64,000 bases of DNA from an uncultured Chloroflexia bacterium (GTDB taxonomy: Bacteria; Chloroflexota; Anaerolineae; B4-G1; SLSP01): the NCBI GenBank assembly GCA_963751345.1, contig CAVVUS010000023.1:192001-256000 (forward strand), given 5' to 3'. Below the pieces are notes generated by a model, which searched no databases, was not told where the DNA came from, and saw only the letters and a program-made list of their open reading frames with translations. Positions 52,625 to 62,818 of this stretch are shown one piece after another. Position numbers and translations under genes: made by a program. Position 1 is the first letter of the stretch. Each line of letters starts with the position of its first letter.

Positions 52625-53796
52625 CTATCAGTTGTAGCTACGATCCTCATTCCGGCGCGGACTTTCTGATGAAGTCGAGGTCCAGCGTGATGCCCAGGCC
52701 GGGACGGTCGGGGATTGCGAGATAGCCATCCTCGAGCGCGAACTGCTCCACGGTGACGCCGTCGCGCAGCGGGTTGGGCGCTGCGATCGTATTCGAACCA
52801 AGGCTCTGCGGGGAAGCGGCGATCGGGGAAGTGGGGGAGCGCGGCGATGAGCTGCAGTGACGCCGCGAGACCGACGTTGGTACCCCAGACGTGGGGCACG
52901 ACAGGTAGGTTTGCGGCGCTCGCCATCGCCACAATGCGCATCATCTCGGTGAATCCGCCGGTGGCGCAGAGGTCGGGCTGCAGGATGTCGACCGCGCGCC
53001 GATTGATGAGGTGGCGGAAGCCAAAACGGGTGTATTCGCACTCGCCACCAGCGATGGGTACGTAGCCGGCCTGGCGCAGTTCAGCGTAGCCATCTATGTC
53101 CTCAGGTGGCACAGGTTCCTCGAACCACGTGAGATCGTACGGGGCAAGGTCGCGCGCCAGACGCAGCGCCTCGGGGGCGTTGTAGGCGTGGTTGGCGTCG
53201 ACCATAAGCGCCAACTCGTGGCCGATGGCATGGCGAATTGCGTGGACGTAGCGGAGGTCTGTGCGCGCGTCGTAGCCAATCTTCAGCTTCATGCCACGGA
53301 AGCCCTGCGATGCGTAACCTACGGCCTCTTCGACGAGGGCTTCGGCCACACTCGGCACGCCCTGGGGCTCGTAGAGGCCTGTGGCGTAGGCCTTCGCCCG
53401 TGTGCGGTAAGCCCCACCCAAGAGCTTGTGCACGGGAAGGCCCAGTGCCTTGCCCTTGATGTCCCAGAGCGCGATATCCACGGCGCTGATGGCCGATATT
53501 GTGAGGCCTTTCTGCCCCTGGTCGCGGGTCCAGTTGTAGAGCATGTCCCAGATGACGGACGTGTCGAGTGGGTCCAGCCCAAGGATCAGCGGGCCAAGCC
53601 CATGGTCGATCAGCCGGGCGACAATGGTCGAGGGGCCACCGAAGTAGAACGCTTCGCCGGCCCCCTGAATCCCGGCGTCGGTTTCCACGATGCAGATCGC
53701 AGTCTGGCGGCTGTTGCCGACGCGCTGCGACCATCCGAAGGCGTGGGTGCCCAGATCAGCCTGGAGGACATAGGTCCGGATGCCTGTGATGTGCAT
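52625..53796 (-). CDS. Mandelate racemase/MLE family protein, galactarolactone cycloisomerase-like (frameshift near 52780)
   Basis: FGWSQ, RDQGQKG, SAVDIALWDIKGK, YATGLY, KLKIG, DANHAY, WFEEP, PHVWGT, EYDRS. Confidence 0.82.
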
Positions 53797-53833
53797 GGAT
53801 GCTCCTTGATCGAGATCTAGACTCGTCCCGAAC

Positions 53834-56800
53834 TCAAGCAATCATCTCGCCGAGCTCGCGCATCTCGGCGACCACGTCGTCGGGGAGCACCGGCGGTTCG
53901 ACACCCAACAGCCTGCAGGTGAGGAGCTTTTCGGCGGTCGACTCGATGATGAAGGTGACGTCGGCAGCCCGGCGAACGCTGCTGCCCGCGACGACCAGCC
54001 CGTGATTTTGCATGAGCGCGGCAGAGCCGTGACCGCCGATTGCCGCGGCGACGGCGTCGGCCAGCTCGGTGGTGCCGGGTCTGATGAAGGGCACCACCGG
54101 CACATCGCCGAGAAACGCGGCCTCCGCCGAGATCGGCAAAAACCGCGTGCCGGTCAGCGCCATCAGCATGGCCTGCGGGGCATGCGAGTGGACGATGGCT
54201 TGGACGTCGGGCCGCTCACGGTAGATGGCGCAGTGGACGTGGCGCTCGCTGGAGGCGCTATAGCCGTTGTCGCTCAGGACGCGGCCCTGCAGGTCGATGC
54301 GTACGAGCATCTCCGGCTGCAGGGCTCCCTTGAAGACGGCGCTGGGCGTGATCCAGAGCTGATCCGGATTGCCGTCCACGCGCGCGCTGACATTTCCCCC
54401 TGTGGGTGTGATAAGCTGCGCCGCGTAGAGGTCGTGCACTGCTTCAAGGATGTCGTCCCGGACGTCGCCAACACGATGGGCGGGCGCCGGGCCTATCGCC
54501 GCGGATGTCGCGACGGCGGGTATGGGGGAGGGCGAGCCGGACCCGGTAGCAGCGGGGCCGCCGATCCGGGTGAGGTCGCCGGGATCTCCGACCGCCTCGC
54601 GCGCCGCCGTGTAGAGCTTCCCCAGGTCGCCCTGCAGCCGCTGGAAGGCCATCGCTTTGCTGGTGTCGCCGCTGAAGGAGAGCTTGCCGGTCATTGCTGC
54701 GCGCATACCGTTGACCTGGCCGGTGAAGATCCCGTCCAGGGTTGCCGCGCTCATCTTGAGGTGAACGTTCGCCGCCTGTGGCGGCGTGCCCATGCCGGCA
54801 GATACGCGTCCGCCGATGAAGCTGAGGTAGAAGTCCAGCGCCAGATCGCGCAGTGTGAACAACATCGTGACGTCCTTGCCCTTGGCGAAGTCGGCCATCT
54901 TGGGATCGGCGGCGACCGCGGCGGTGAAGCTATCCAGGATGCGCACAATCGTGTTCTCGGCGTCTCGGGATGCGGGCTGCGGCTCCGGCGCCGCTGCGGG
55001 CGTGCCACGGAATCGCCTGGCGAAGCGGCTGAACAGGCCTCGCTCAGTGGGCGCTGCCGGGTTACTCGCCGGTTCGCGTTCTGCTTGTGCCTGCGTCTGG
55101 AGTGCTGGGTCGACAGGGCCCGTCTGGGCGGAAACGGGACGTACGGCGGCCTCGCCAGCGTGTACCGTCCGCGCCTCTACCTGGAGATCGCTCACAGCCG
55201 GACCGGGGCCCGCGGCCAACCGGTTCAGCGTCTCTGTCGCAACGCTCCTCTCGCCGGTCCAGGAGAAGCCGGCCAAGGTCTCCGGGTTCAGGAGGTGGTG
55301 CGGCCTCTCGCCCGCTAACATGCGCTCGATCTCGGCGACGACGACCGCGCCTTGATGCGCAGCAACGTCGTGGGTGTTCCCGGCCACGTGCGGGGTAGCG
55401 ATCACGTTGGGGCAAGCGAGCAGCGGGTCGTCGGCGCCCGGCGGCTCGATGGAGAAGACGTCAAGTGCAGCGCCTCCCAGCTTCCCGGAGGTGAGAGCGT
55501 GCGCAAGCGCGCGGTCGTCGATCAGGGCTGCCCGCGCCGTGTTGATCAGGAACGCGCCATCCTTCATGTGGGCCAGGGCATCTTCGCCAATCATGCCAAG
55601 CGTCTCATTTGTCACCGGCGCGTGGAGGCTGACGAAGTCGCTCTCGGCAAGGAGCCGATCGAACGACACCTTGGTGGCCCCGAGCAGCGCGGCTTCCCCG
55701 GTGCTTACAGCCGGATCGGTTATGACGATGCGGGCGCCAAAGGGCAACAAGCGACGGATCACCCCTCGTCCTACCGCACCTGCGCCGACCAGGCCAACCG
55801 TCTTGTGCCATAGTTCGTCGCCCTGGAAGCTCTCGTGGGCCATGCCCATGCGCCCCATATCGCCGGCCTCACCACCGGGCCGGCGCAGAAAAGCCGTTGC
55901 CTCCGGCAATTTCCGAGCCAACATCAGCATGAGCGCCAGAGCCAGATCTGCCACCGCGTCGGCATTTCGCCCCGGCGTGTTGACGACAGGGACACCGGCG
56001 GCGGAGCACGCTGCGAGATCGACGTTGACAGGGTTTCCCCGGCACGCAAGGATCAGCCTCAGATCCGGCAGCTTCTGCAGAGCCTCTGCGTCGACCACGT
56101 CCACTTCGGTGACGAAGACATGGTATCCCTCCAGTGCCTCCCACAGGTCCTCACCGACCAGGAGGCGGCTCTCCTGGCGGTAGCTGGCGAAGGTGACATC
56201 ACCCAACTGCCGCAGCCGGTCCAGGGACGCGCCATCCACATCGGCGCTGACATAGATTCGGGGCCGGAAGCCGAAGGTGGGAGCCAGCTCCTGCTCATCG
56301 GGCTCCTGAAGGAGCTCCTGGACAATCGCCTCCGCCACGATTTCGTTGGTCTCGGCCTGTCCCTCGCGCATGTCCAGCCAGCGCGCATATCGTGACTCGT
56401 ACGCGTCCACCGACGCCGGCTGCGGCGTGTGGCTGCGGGTGACGGTGGTCAGCCTTTCCGCGCCGGCTGCCGCATCGCCGAATAACCCAGAGCCCACACC
56501 CGCGCAGATCGCAGCGCCCAATGCCGATGCCTCGGGAGGCCCCGCCACATTGATGGGGAGACGCGTCACGTCGGCGAGTATCTGGCCCCACAGCGCGCTG
56601 CGGCTCATGCCGCCGGCCAGCCGAAGCGTCTCGGGCGCTTGGCCTGAGACTTCCCGGACGCGTTCGAGGTTGAGCCGGACGGCGTAGGCCATGCCCTCCA
56701 GGACGGCTCGCGCCATCAGGGCCCTCCCAGGGGTGTCGCGGACCATGCTGGTAGCGGAGAAGGTCAAGTTATCCACAGGCAGACTGAGGTCCGAGGCGCT

Positions 56801-57847
56801 GAAAGCCCGTGCGCCCACTGTCGATGCGATGCCGCCTGCTCCGGGCGAAGCGTGAGCGGCCTCCGCGCAGAGGGCTGCGACGGGGTCCGGCAAACCGGCA
56901 TACCAGGCTGCGGCTACCCAGGCCAGAGTCTCGCCTGAGGATGCAGCGTTGCTCTCCAGTACGTAGAGACCCGGCACGACGTGCAGGTCGGTCCACAGAC
57001 GCTTCTTGGGATCGATGATCGGCCGGCTTGTCGTCAGCATGACGGAGGTCGTCGTTCCGGCTACAACCCCAAACTGACCTGATGTGGCGGCACCCGTCGC
57101 CAGGAGGGCACACTGCGTGTCGGCCCCGCCCGCAATCACGGGAGTTCCCGCCCGGAGGCCAAGATGCGAGGCTGCGGCATCGGTCAGCTCGCCGACGACC
57201 GCGCCTGCATCCACGAGCTGCGGGAAGATGCGGCGCGGCAGTCCGTACGAAGCCAGAAGATCCGCGGCCCACTCGCGGCTCTCCAGATCGAGCGCCATCG
57301 TCTCGGCTGCCTGCGACCGGGTGAAAGCCACGTTGCCCGTCAGCCTGTAGCCGAGCCAGTCACTGACGCTGAGCGTTGCACGGGCGTCCTTCAGCAGGCC
57401 GGGGTCGGTCTGGGCCAACCACATCAGGCGCACGGCGCTGAGGATGGGGTTGGGCCAATGCCCCGTGCGCCGGTAGATCTCGTCGCCTCTGTCGTTGCCG
57501 ATCTGTAGGGCCAAGATCCCCGCTCGGGCATCCATCGTAGGCGTCGCAAAGAGAACAGCGCCATCGCGGTCGATCAGGACCGTGCCGTGTCGCATGGAGG
57601 TTATGCCGATGCCGGCGACGTTATCCGGGGTGGCCCCCGCTTGCTGCATGGCCTCGCGACAGGTCTCGCCGACGACGCGCCAGACAAGATCCACGTCGAG
57701 ATCGAGGGCCCAGTGACCGTGCTGCGGCGCGCGAAGGTGCGTCCAGCTGCGGGTGCTCGTCGTGGATTGCCCAGTCTCCGTATCGATGACCAGGCACCGC
57801 CCGCCGCTTCCGCCCAAGTCGAATCCTACCAGGTACCGTGCGCTCAT
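53834..57847 (-). CDS. Multidomain fusion: FGGY carbohydrate kinase + D-2-hydroxyacid dehydrogenase + SCP2 + class II aldolase
   Basis: GFDLGGSGGR/GGADTQ/RAVLEG (FGGY); GLVGAGAVG/INTARA/LDVF/TPHVAG (2-HADH); NGMRAAMTGKLSFSGD (SCP2); GGNVSAR/SSERHVH/HSH/NHG (FucA-like). Confidence 0.9.
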   Translation of the reverse strand: MSARYLVGFDLGGSGGRCLVIDTETGQSTTSTRSWTHLRAPQHGHWALDLDVDLVWRVVGETCREAMQQAGATPDNVAGIGITSMRHGTVLIDRDGAVLFATPTMDARAGILALQIGNDRGDEIYRRTGHWPNPILSAVRLMWLAQTDPGLLKDARATLSVSDWLGYRLTGNVAFTRSQAAETMALDLESREWAADLLASYGLPRRIFPQLVDAGAVVGELTDAAASHLGLRAGTPVIAGGADTQCALLATGAATSGQFGVVAGTTTSVMLTTSRPIIDPKKRLWTDLHVVPGLYVLESNAASSGETLAWVAAAWYAGLPDPVAALCAEAAHASPGAGGIASTVGARAFSASDLSLPVDNLTFSATSMVRDTPGRALMARAVLEGMAYAVRLNLERVREVSGQAPETLRLAGGMSRSALWGQILADVTRLPINVAGPPEASALGAAICAGVGSGLFGDAAAGAERLTTVTRSHTPQPASVDAYESRYARWLDMREGQAETNEIVAEAIVQELLQEPDEQELAPTFGFRPRIYVSADVDGASLDRLRQLGDVTFASYRQESRLLVGEDLWEALEGYHVFVTEVDVVDAEALQKLPDLRLILACRGNPVNVDLAACSAAGVPVVNTPGRNADAVADLALALMLMLARKLPEATAFLRRPGGEAGDMGRMGMAHESFQGDELWHKTVGLVGAGAVGRGVIRRLLPFGARIVITDPAVSTGEAALLGATKVSFDRLLAESDFVSLHAPVTNETLGMIGEDALAHMKDGAFLINTARAALIDDRALAHALTSGKLGGAALDVFSIEPPGADDPLLACPNVIATPHVAGNTHDVAAHQGAVVVAEIERMLAGERPHHLLNPETLAGFSWTGERSVATETLNRLAAGPGPAVSDLQVEARTVHAGEAAVRPVSAQTGPVDPALQTQAQAEREPASNPAAPTERGLFSRFARRFRGTPAAAPEPQPASRDAENTIVRILDSFTAAVAADPKMADFAKGKDVTMLFTLRDLALDFYLSFIGGRVSAGMGTPPQAANVHLKMSAATLDGIFTGQVNGMRAAMTGKLSFSGDTSKAMAFQRLQGDLGKLYTAAREAVGDPGDLTRIGGPAATGSGSPSPIPAVATSAAIGPAPAHRVGDVRDDILEAVHDLYAAQLITPTGGNVSARVDGNPDQLWITPSAVFKGALQPEMLVRIDLQGRVLSDNGYSASSERHVHCAIYRERPDVQAIVHSHAPQAMLMALTGTRFLPISAEAAFLGDVPVVPFIRPGTTELADAVAAAIGGHGSAALMQNHGLVVAGSSVRRAADVTFIIESTAEKLLTCRLLGVEPPVLPDDVVAEMRELGEMIA

Positions 57848-58048
57848 TACCGATCCTTTCATGGCTGGGTATCGGCTCGCCAACATTGTGAGGCTACTTG
57901 GCATCCGGTCGTGCAGACGCCTGTGGAGGCACCCCGAAGGCAGGTGGTGCCCCTGACCTCGGCAAGATCTGACGCCCTAAGAGTGCGTTGTTCTCGTCAG
58001 GGTACTGCACGCCGCTGGTACGGTCAAGTGCCGGCGATTGGGTGTATA

Positions 58049-59333
58049 ATGGCTCGCACGCCTATGAACCCATACACACGCCTGACCATCATCGCGTTTC
58101 TCCTCTTCATGTCCAGAGGCATGACGGGCCCCTTGAGTTCGATCTACTGGCGATCCATGGGGGCAAGCTACCTGACCATCGGCCTGTTGGGCACGGTCAC
58201 GTCGATCACGGCGATTGTCTTCAGTTATCTCTGGGGACGCGCCTCCGATCGACTCGGACAGCGGAAGATCTTCCTGCTCGGCGGGTTGGGAGGGTTGGCC
58301 CTGTGCTATGTCCTGCTTGTCGGCGTCCGCGGGACGATTGTGCTCTTCCCGATCAGGGCCTTCACAGCGGTCTCACAGGCCGCGTACGACACTGCCAGCC
58401 TGGCGCTGATGGGAGATTGGCTCGAGCACCGGCAGCGCGAGCGTAGCCGCAACAGCGCGCAAGCCGGCGAGACGGCGGAGGCGCGGCGCGGGACTGCCGG
58501 ACGCAGGATGGGAACCTACCGGGGTCTGGCATCGCTGGGCTTTGGGCTGATGGCCTTCGTCTCGGGCACGATTGCCGATCGGTTCACACTTCGGACGCCC
58601 TTCGCGCTTGCGGCGGGATTTCTCACCATCGCACTGCTGCTGGGTCTGAGCGTCCGCGAGCCACCGGCAGACGAAGAATCGGACGCAGCAGGATCTGTCC
58701 GGCAAGGACCGGAGGCGTCGCGTCTCGGCGCTCTGAGGGTGCGACCCCATCGCCGCGCCTGCCTCTGCCGCCTCTGCTCGTCGCTGCACTGCTTTGGTCG
58801 CTGGTCGTTCGGCGCGGTCTATGCTGTGTGGGCCAACTATATGGTGGAGGAGATCGGGTATACCACCGCGCAGATGACCAGGCTGTGGTCCGTGGCCTCG
58901 CTCTCGGAGTTCCCGCTGATGATTCTCGCGGGCTGGCTCTCGGATCGCGTCGGCAGGTTGCCGATGCTGGCGATCGGGTTCCTGGCGTGGACCGTAGTCT
59001 TCGCGGGTTACCTCGTCGCTCCACAGATGCCCTTCATCGTCTTGGTGCAGTTGACGCGGGGATTCGCCTTCTCGGCCTACACCGCCACGGCGATGACCTA
59101 TGCTGCCGAAGTCAGGGCGCGGGCAGAACGCGGGCGGGTCTCGGGGATGTACGGCACGGCGGGTGCACTTGGCTCGATCATGGGCTCATCGTTGGGCGGC
59201 GCCGTGACGCAGTTCGCCGGGTTCCGCACGCTTGATCGGCGCCTGCGCCGGCATCATCTTCGCCGGGTGCGCTCTACCTGGGCAGCGTCGCCCTGCGTTT
59301 CGCGTCGAGTGTCAGGGCTGCCCTGTCAGAAGC
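58049..59333 (+). CDS. MFS transporter (frameshifts near 58740-58800 and 59230)
   Basis: WGRASDRLGQRK and AGWLSDRVGR motif A, multiple hydrophobic segments, ERGRVSG. End approximate. Confidence 0.85.
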
Positions 59334-60127
59334 GTCAGCGCAGTAAGCAGCGTCCGTCCGAAAGGCGTGACGCGGAACGCCAGGAGCTTGGGCGCCAGGC
59401 CGGGCGGACGTTCGGCGTAGTCAGGTTCGATGATGCCAAAGTCGGCGGCGACGGTGATCACAATCCGGCGTACGGCCCACCGGAGCAGATCGGTGTGATC
59501 GCCGGTCCACTCCTCCTCCCACTCCAGACCCGTACGGCCGGCCAGAGTATCTGCAAAGGCGGGGAAGGGGATGCGCCGGCCCGGCGGAATGGCGGCCAGC
59601 CGCGAGAGGGTGATCCGTGTGAAGCCGCGGGGTAGATAGTCGCCCAGACCCGTCAGTGGGTAGGCGATCATCCAGTTGGTCTCAAACCACCAGATCGTGA
59701 GCAGCTTCAGCACCTGGTGCGGGCTGTCGGCCTCCAGAAACGCTTCGCCCGCGGGGGTCAGCCGCCAGCGCGCTCCCTGGGGTGTGGTCAGCAGCCCTCC
59801 TACCTCCGCGATGCTGTGCAGGAAGTAGAGTGGCCAGAGGTTGTACTCTGTGCGCAGTTGGTATACCTGATCTCCAATCTTCTCCTCGAGCTCAGGGGGA
59901 TTCACGAACTCCGCGGTGACCTGGCGGATCATCTTGAGCGGCATGTTCCCGGTGCTGCGCGTGCCCACGACCTTGTGTTCCTCGACGAAGTGCAGCAGCG
60001 TGACCATATCCCGGCGTAGGGCGAGTGTATCGGCGGCTTCGGTCGTAGTGTCGTCGCCGAAGTCTTCCGCCCATTCCTGGTATTGCCAGTCCTGCCTGGC
60101 TGCAATGCGCTCCAGTGGATCTTCCAT
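59312..60127 (-). CDS. Hypothetical protein
   Basis: MEDPLERIAARQ.. with SD GGAG. TRSTGNMPLK, WRLTPAGE and FRVTPFG are winged-helix-like ends. Confidence 0.55.
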   Translation of the reverse strand: MEDPLERIAARQDWQYQEWAEDFGDDTTTEAADTLALRRDMVTLLHFVEEHKVVGTRSTGNMPLKMIRQVTAEFVNPPELEEKIGDQVYQLRTEYNLWPLYFLHSIAEVGGLLTTPQGARWRLTPAGEAFLEADSPHQVLKLLTIWWFETNWMIAYPLTGLGDYLPRGFTRITLSRLAAIPPGRRIPFPAFADTLAGRTGLEWEEEWTGDHTDLLRWAVRRIVITVAADFGIIEPDYAERPPGLAPKLLAFRVTPFGRTLLTALTLLTGQP

Positions 60128-60496
60128 AGCATCTCCCGTACTTCCTCGTGTGGTCCCGATCTGCGATGTCCCAGACCGGGCGAAGTATACGCCGAAAGCT
60201 GCCCGGGAACAGGGGTCCGTTGAGGGCAGGCATCGAGGCGTAGTCGCGTGCGAGAGCTTTGTCAGGGGTAGCTTACGAAACCTTGCGAAGGTGCGGACCG
60301 AGGGGATGTCCCCAAAGGTCCAAAGTCCCGAGGCCGATCCTCTTGCGAGGCCTTCGGGCTGACGTATACTGGCACGCGTGACATCCGCGGTGGTTGCATC
60401 GGATGAGGGCCGACGGGCTTCGGGGATTGGCTCCATTGCGCCGGACTACATCAGCCGATGGGCACAAATCTGGTACTGGAAAGGACGGTACATACG

Positions 60497-61523
60497 ATGA
60501 CGGTCTATCCAGCGGATCAGTGGGCGCGTGTGGCGCCCGAAGATGCCGGTTTCGATGTGGGGAGGCTGGTGCTCGCCAGCCAGTGGCTGGATGACCACGC
60601 GCCCGAACGTGGGTATCGTGTGGCCATCGTCCGTGACGGCTACCTTGTGTTCCAAGTGAATGTCGGGTTCACGCCGGACGAGCGCCTGCCGATCGCATCG
60701 GCTGCGAAGTCGATCTTCGGCAACGTGCTGGGCATTGCCGTCCACGAAGGGCGTCTCTCCTCTGCCCGACGCGCCCGTGGTCGACCTTTATCCGGAGATG
60801 ATGGATGTACCGGAGGGCACGGGGCCCAAGGAGGGCCGGTATGCCTTCCCCAAGGATCGGGCGGTGACCTATCGCCAGTTGATCTCGAACACATCCGGCT
60901 ATATGAAGCCCGGTGAGGAACCCGGCAAGGTCTTCAACTACCAGACCTTTGGCATGAACGTGCTGACGCACGCCGTCGCGACTGCCTATGGCCTCTACAA
61001 TCTCGAGGACCCCGAGGGGTCGCCGGGATTCGCGGCGCTGGTGCGGGACAAGGTAGCCGACCCCATTGGTGCCCGGTGGGCCTACACCCTGTCGAACTTC
61101 GCACTGCAGGAGCGCGCGCGGCTGCCCATCTTTGGGTATTACTGCCAGATCCACACCGACCCGCTGGACTTGGCCCGCGTCGGCTGGCTATGGTGCAATT
61201 GGGGGCGCTGGGGCAATCGCCAGGTGGTTCCGGAGGCCTGGATGCGCGAGTCGGTGAAGGTCAATCGCGACTTGATGGTGAATGCGCCGCACGAACAACA
61301 GCAGTACGGCTATGGCATCTGGACAAACGAGCAGGGCGTGCTCTGGCCCGACCTGCCGCGCGACGGCTTTACGGCCAGCGGCGCAGGGGGGCATTACGCA
61401 ACCGTCTTCCCGGGTCAGCGCCTGGTCATCGTTCAGAATCCCGGCCCCTATCTGGCGGGAGAGGCCGCCAGCCGCGCCAATGTCGAGTTCCTGGAGTTAG
61501 TGTTGGCGGCGCTTGTGGGATAA
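60497..61523 (+). CDS. Beta-lactamase-family serine hydrolase (frameshift near 60765)
   Basis: ASAAKS (SxxK), PGKVFNY, DLARVG, YGYGIW, ASGAGG. Confidence 0.82.
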
Positions 61524-61551
61524 GGCGAGACATGCTGAAAGGAGACGAAGC

Positions 61552-62542
61552 GTGAGTCAAAAGGTCTACGTGACCCGAGAGGTACCGGATGCGGGTCTCA
61601 CTATGGTTCTGAAGGCCTGTGATGCTGAGGTGTGGGAGGGGGGACTTCCGGTCCCGCGTGAGGTACTCCTGGAGAAGGTCGCGGATGTCGATGGGCTCTA
61701 TTGCCTGCTCACGGAGCGGGTGGATGACGAGCTGCTGGACGCCGCGCCCAACCTGCGCGTGGTGAGCAACTACGCCGTCGGGTTACAACAACATCGATGT
61801 CGCCGCGTGTACGGCGCGGGGCATCCCCGTCGGCAACACGCCCGGCGTCCTGACGGATACCACAGCCGATTTCGCCTTCACGCTGTTGGTGGCTGCCGCG
61901 CGGAGAGTGACCGAGGCTGCGGCCTACGTGCTCGATGGAAAATGGCAGACCTGGGGGCCGAAGCTGCTGCTGGGCGTGGACATTTACGGCGCGACGTTGG
62001 GCGTCATCGGCTATGGGCGGATAGGACAGGCGGTAGCTCGCCGCGCCCGGGGATTCGACATGCGCGTGCTGTACCACGATCCCTATGCCGCCGGAGGCTC
62101 CGGGGCGTCCGATCCCGACGGCCCGAGAGCCGTCGACCTGAACACCTTGCTCGCCGAGTCCGATTTTGTGTCGGTCCACGTCCCGTTGACCGAGGAGACG
62201 CACCACCTGATCGGCGCGGACGAGCTGGGCAAGATGAAGGCGACCGCGATACTGGTCAACACATCGCGCGGGCCGGTCGTCGATCCCGACGCCCTGACTG
62301 ATGCCCTCGCGTCTCATCGTATTGCTGCTGCGGCGCTCGACGTCACCGAACCGGAGCCCCTGCCCGTGGATCACGCGCTCCTCGCACTGCCCAACTGCAT
62401 TGTCACCCCCCACATCGCCAGCGCCAGCGTCGCGACGCGCAACAAGATGGCCGTGATCGCTGCAGAGAATCTCCTGGCGGGCCTGGAGGGGCGGCGGATG
62501 CCACACTGCGTGAACCCTGAGGTGTATACCTCGGGCGAATAG
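61552..62542 (+). CDS. Glyoxylate reductase / D-glycerate dehydrogenase (frameshift near 61785)
   Basis: KVYVTRE, NYAVG, NTPGVLTDTTAD, GVIGYGRIG, VNTSRG, LDVTEPEP, TPHIASA. Confidence 0.88.
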
Positions 62543-62563
62543 GGGCCTGGTACCTGGGGTGAT

Positions 62564-62717
62564 GGATATGCGCCTCGGACGGCGGATATGCACCTCGGAC
62601 GGCGGATATGCGCCTCGGACGGCGGGCTCGCGCCTCGGACGGCGGTGCGCCTCGACGGCGGTCGCGCCTCGGACGGCGGTGCGCCTCGGACGGCGGGCTC
62701 GCGCCTCGGATGGTGGC
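62564..62717. repeat. Intergenic tandem repeat, 8 imperfect units of 17-20 bp
   Basis: Core GCGCCTCGGACGGCGG followed by ATAT, GCTC, TC or T. No unique spacers. Confidence 0.9.
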
Positions 62718-62740
62718 GTGCGCCCCAAAGGCTGCCCAGC

Positions 62741-62768
62741 TTGACACGATGCCTTTCGCCCATAGAAT
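62741..62768 (+). promoter_or_regulatory. Sigma70 promoter
   Basis: TTGACA (62741-62746), 16-nt spacer, TAGAAT (62763-62768). Confidence 0.6.
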
Positions 62769-62818
62769 GGCATTATCTTGTTGATCTCGATAGTGGCATT
62801 CATTGAAAGGACGGCATC

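Noticed and set aside
62564-62717. CRISPR array
   Set aside because: Units abut with no unique 25-45 nt spacers, and there are no cas genes.
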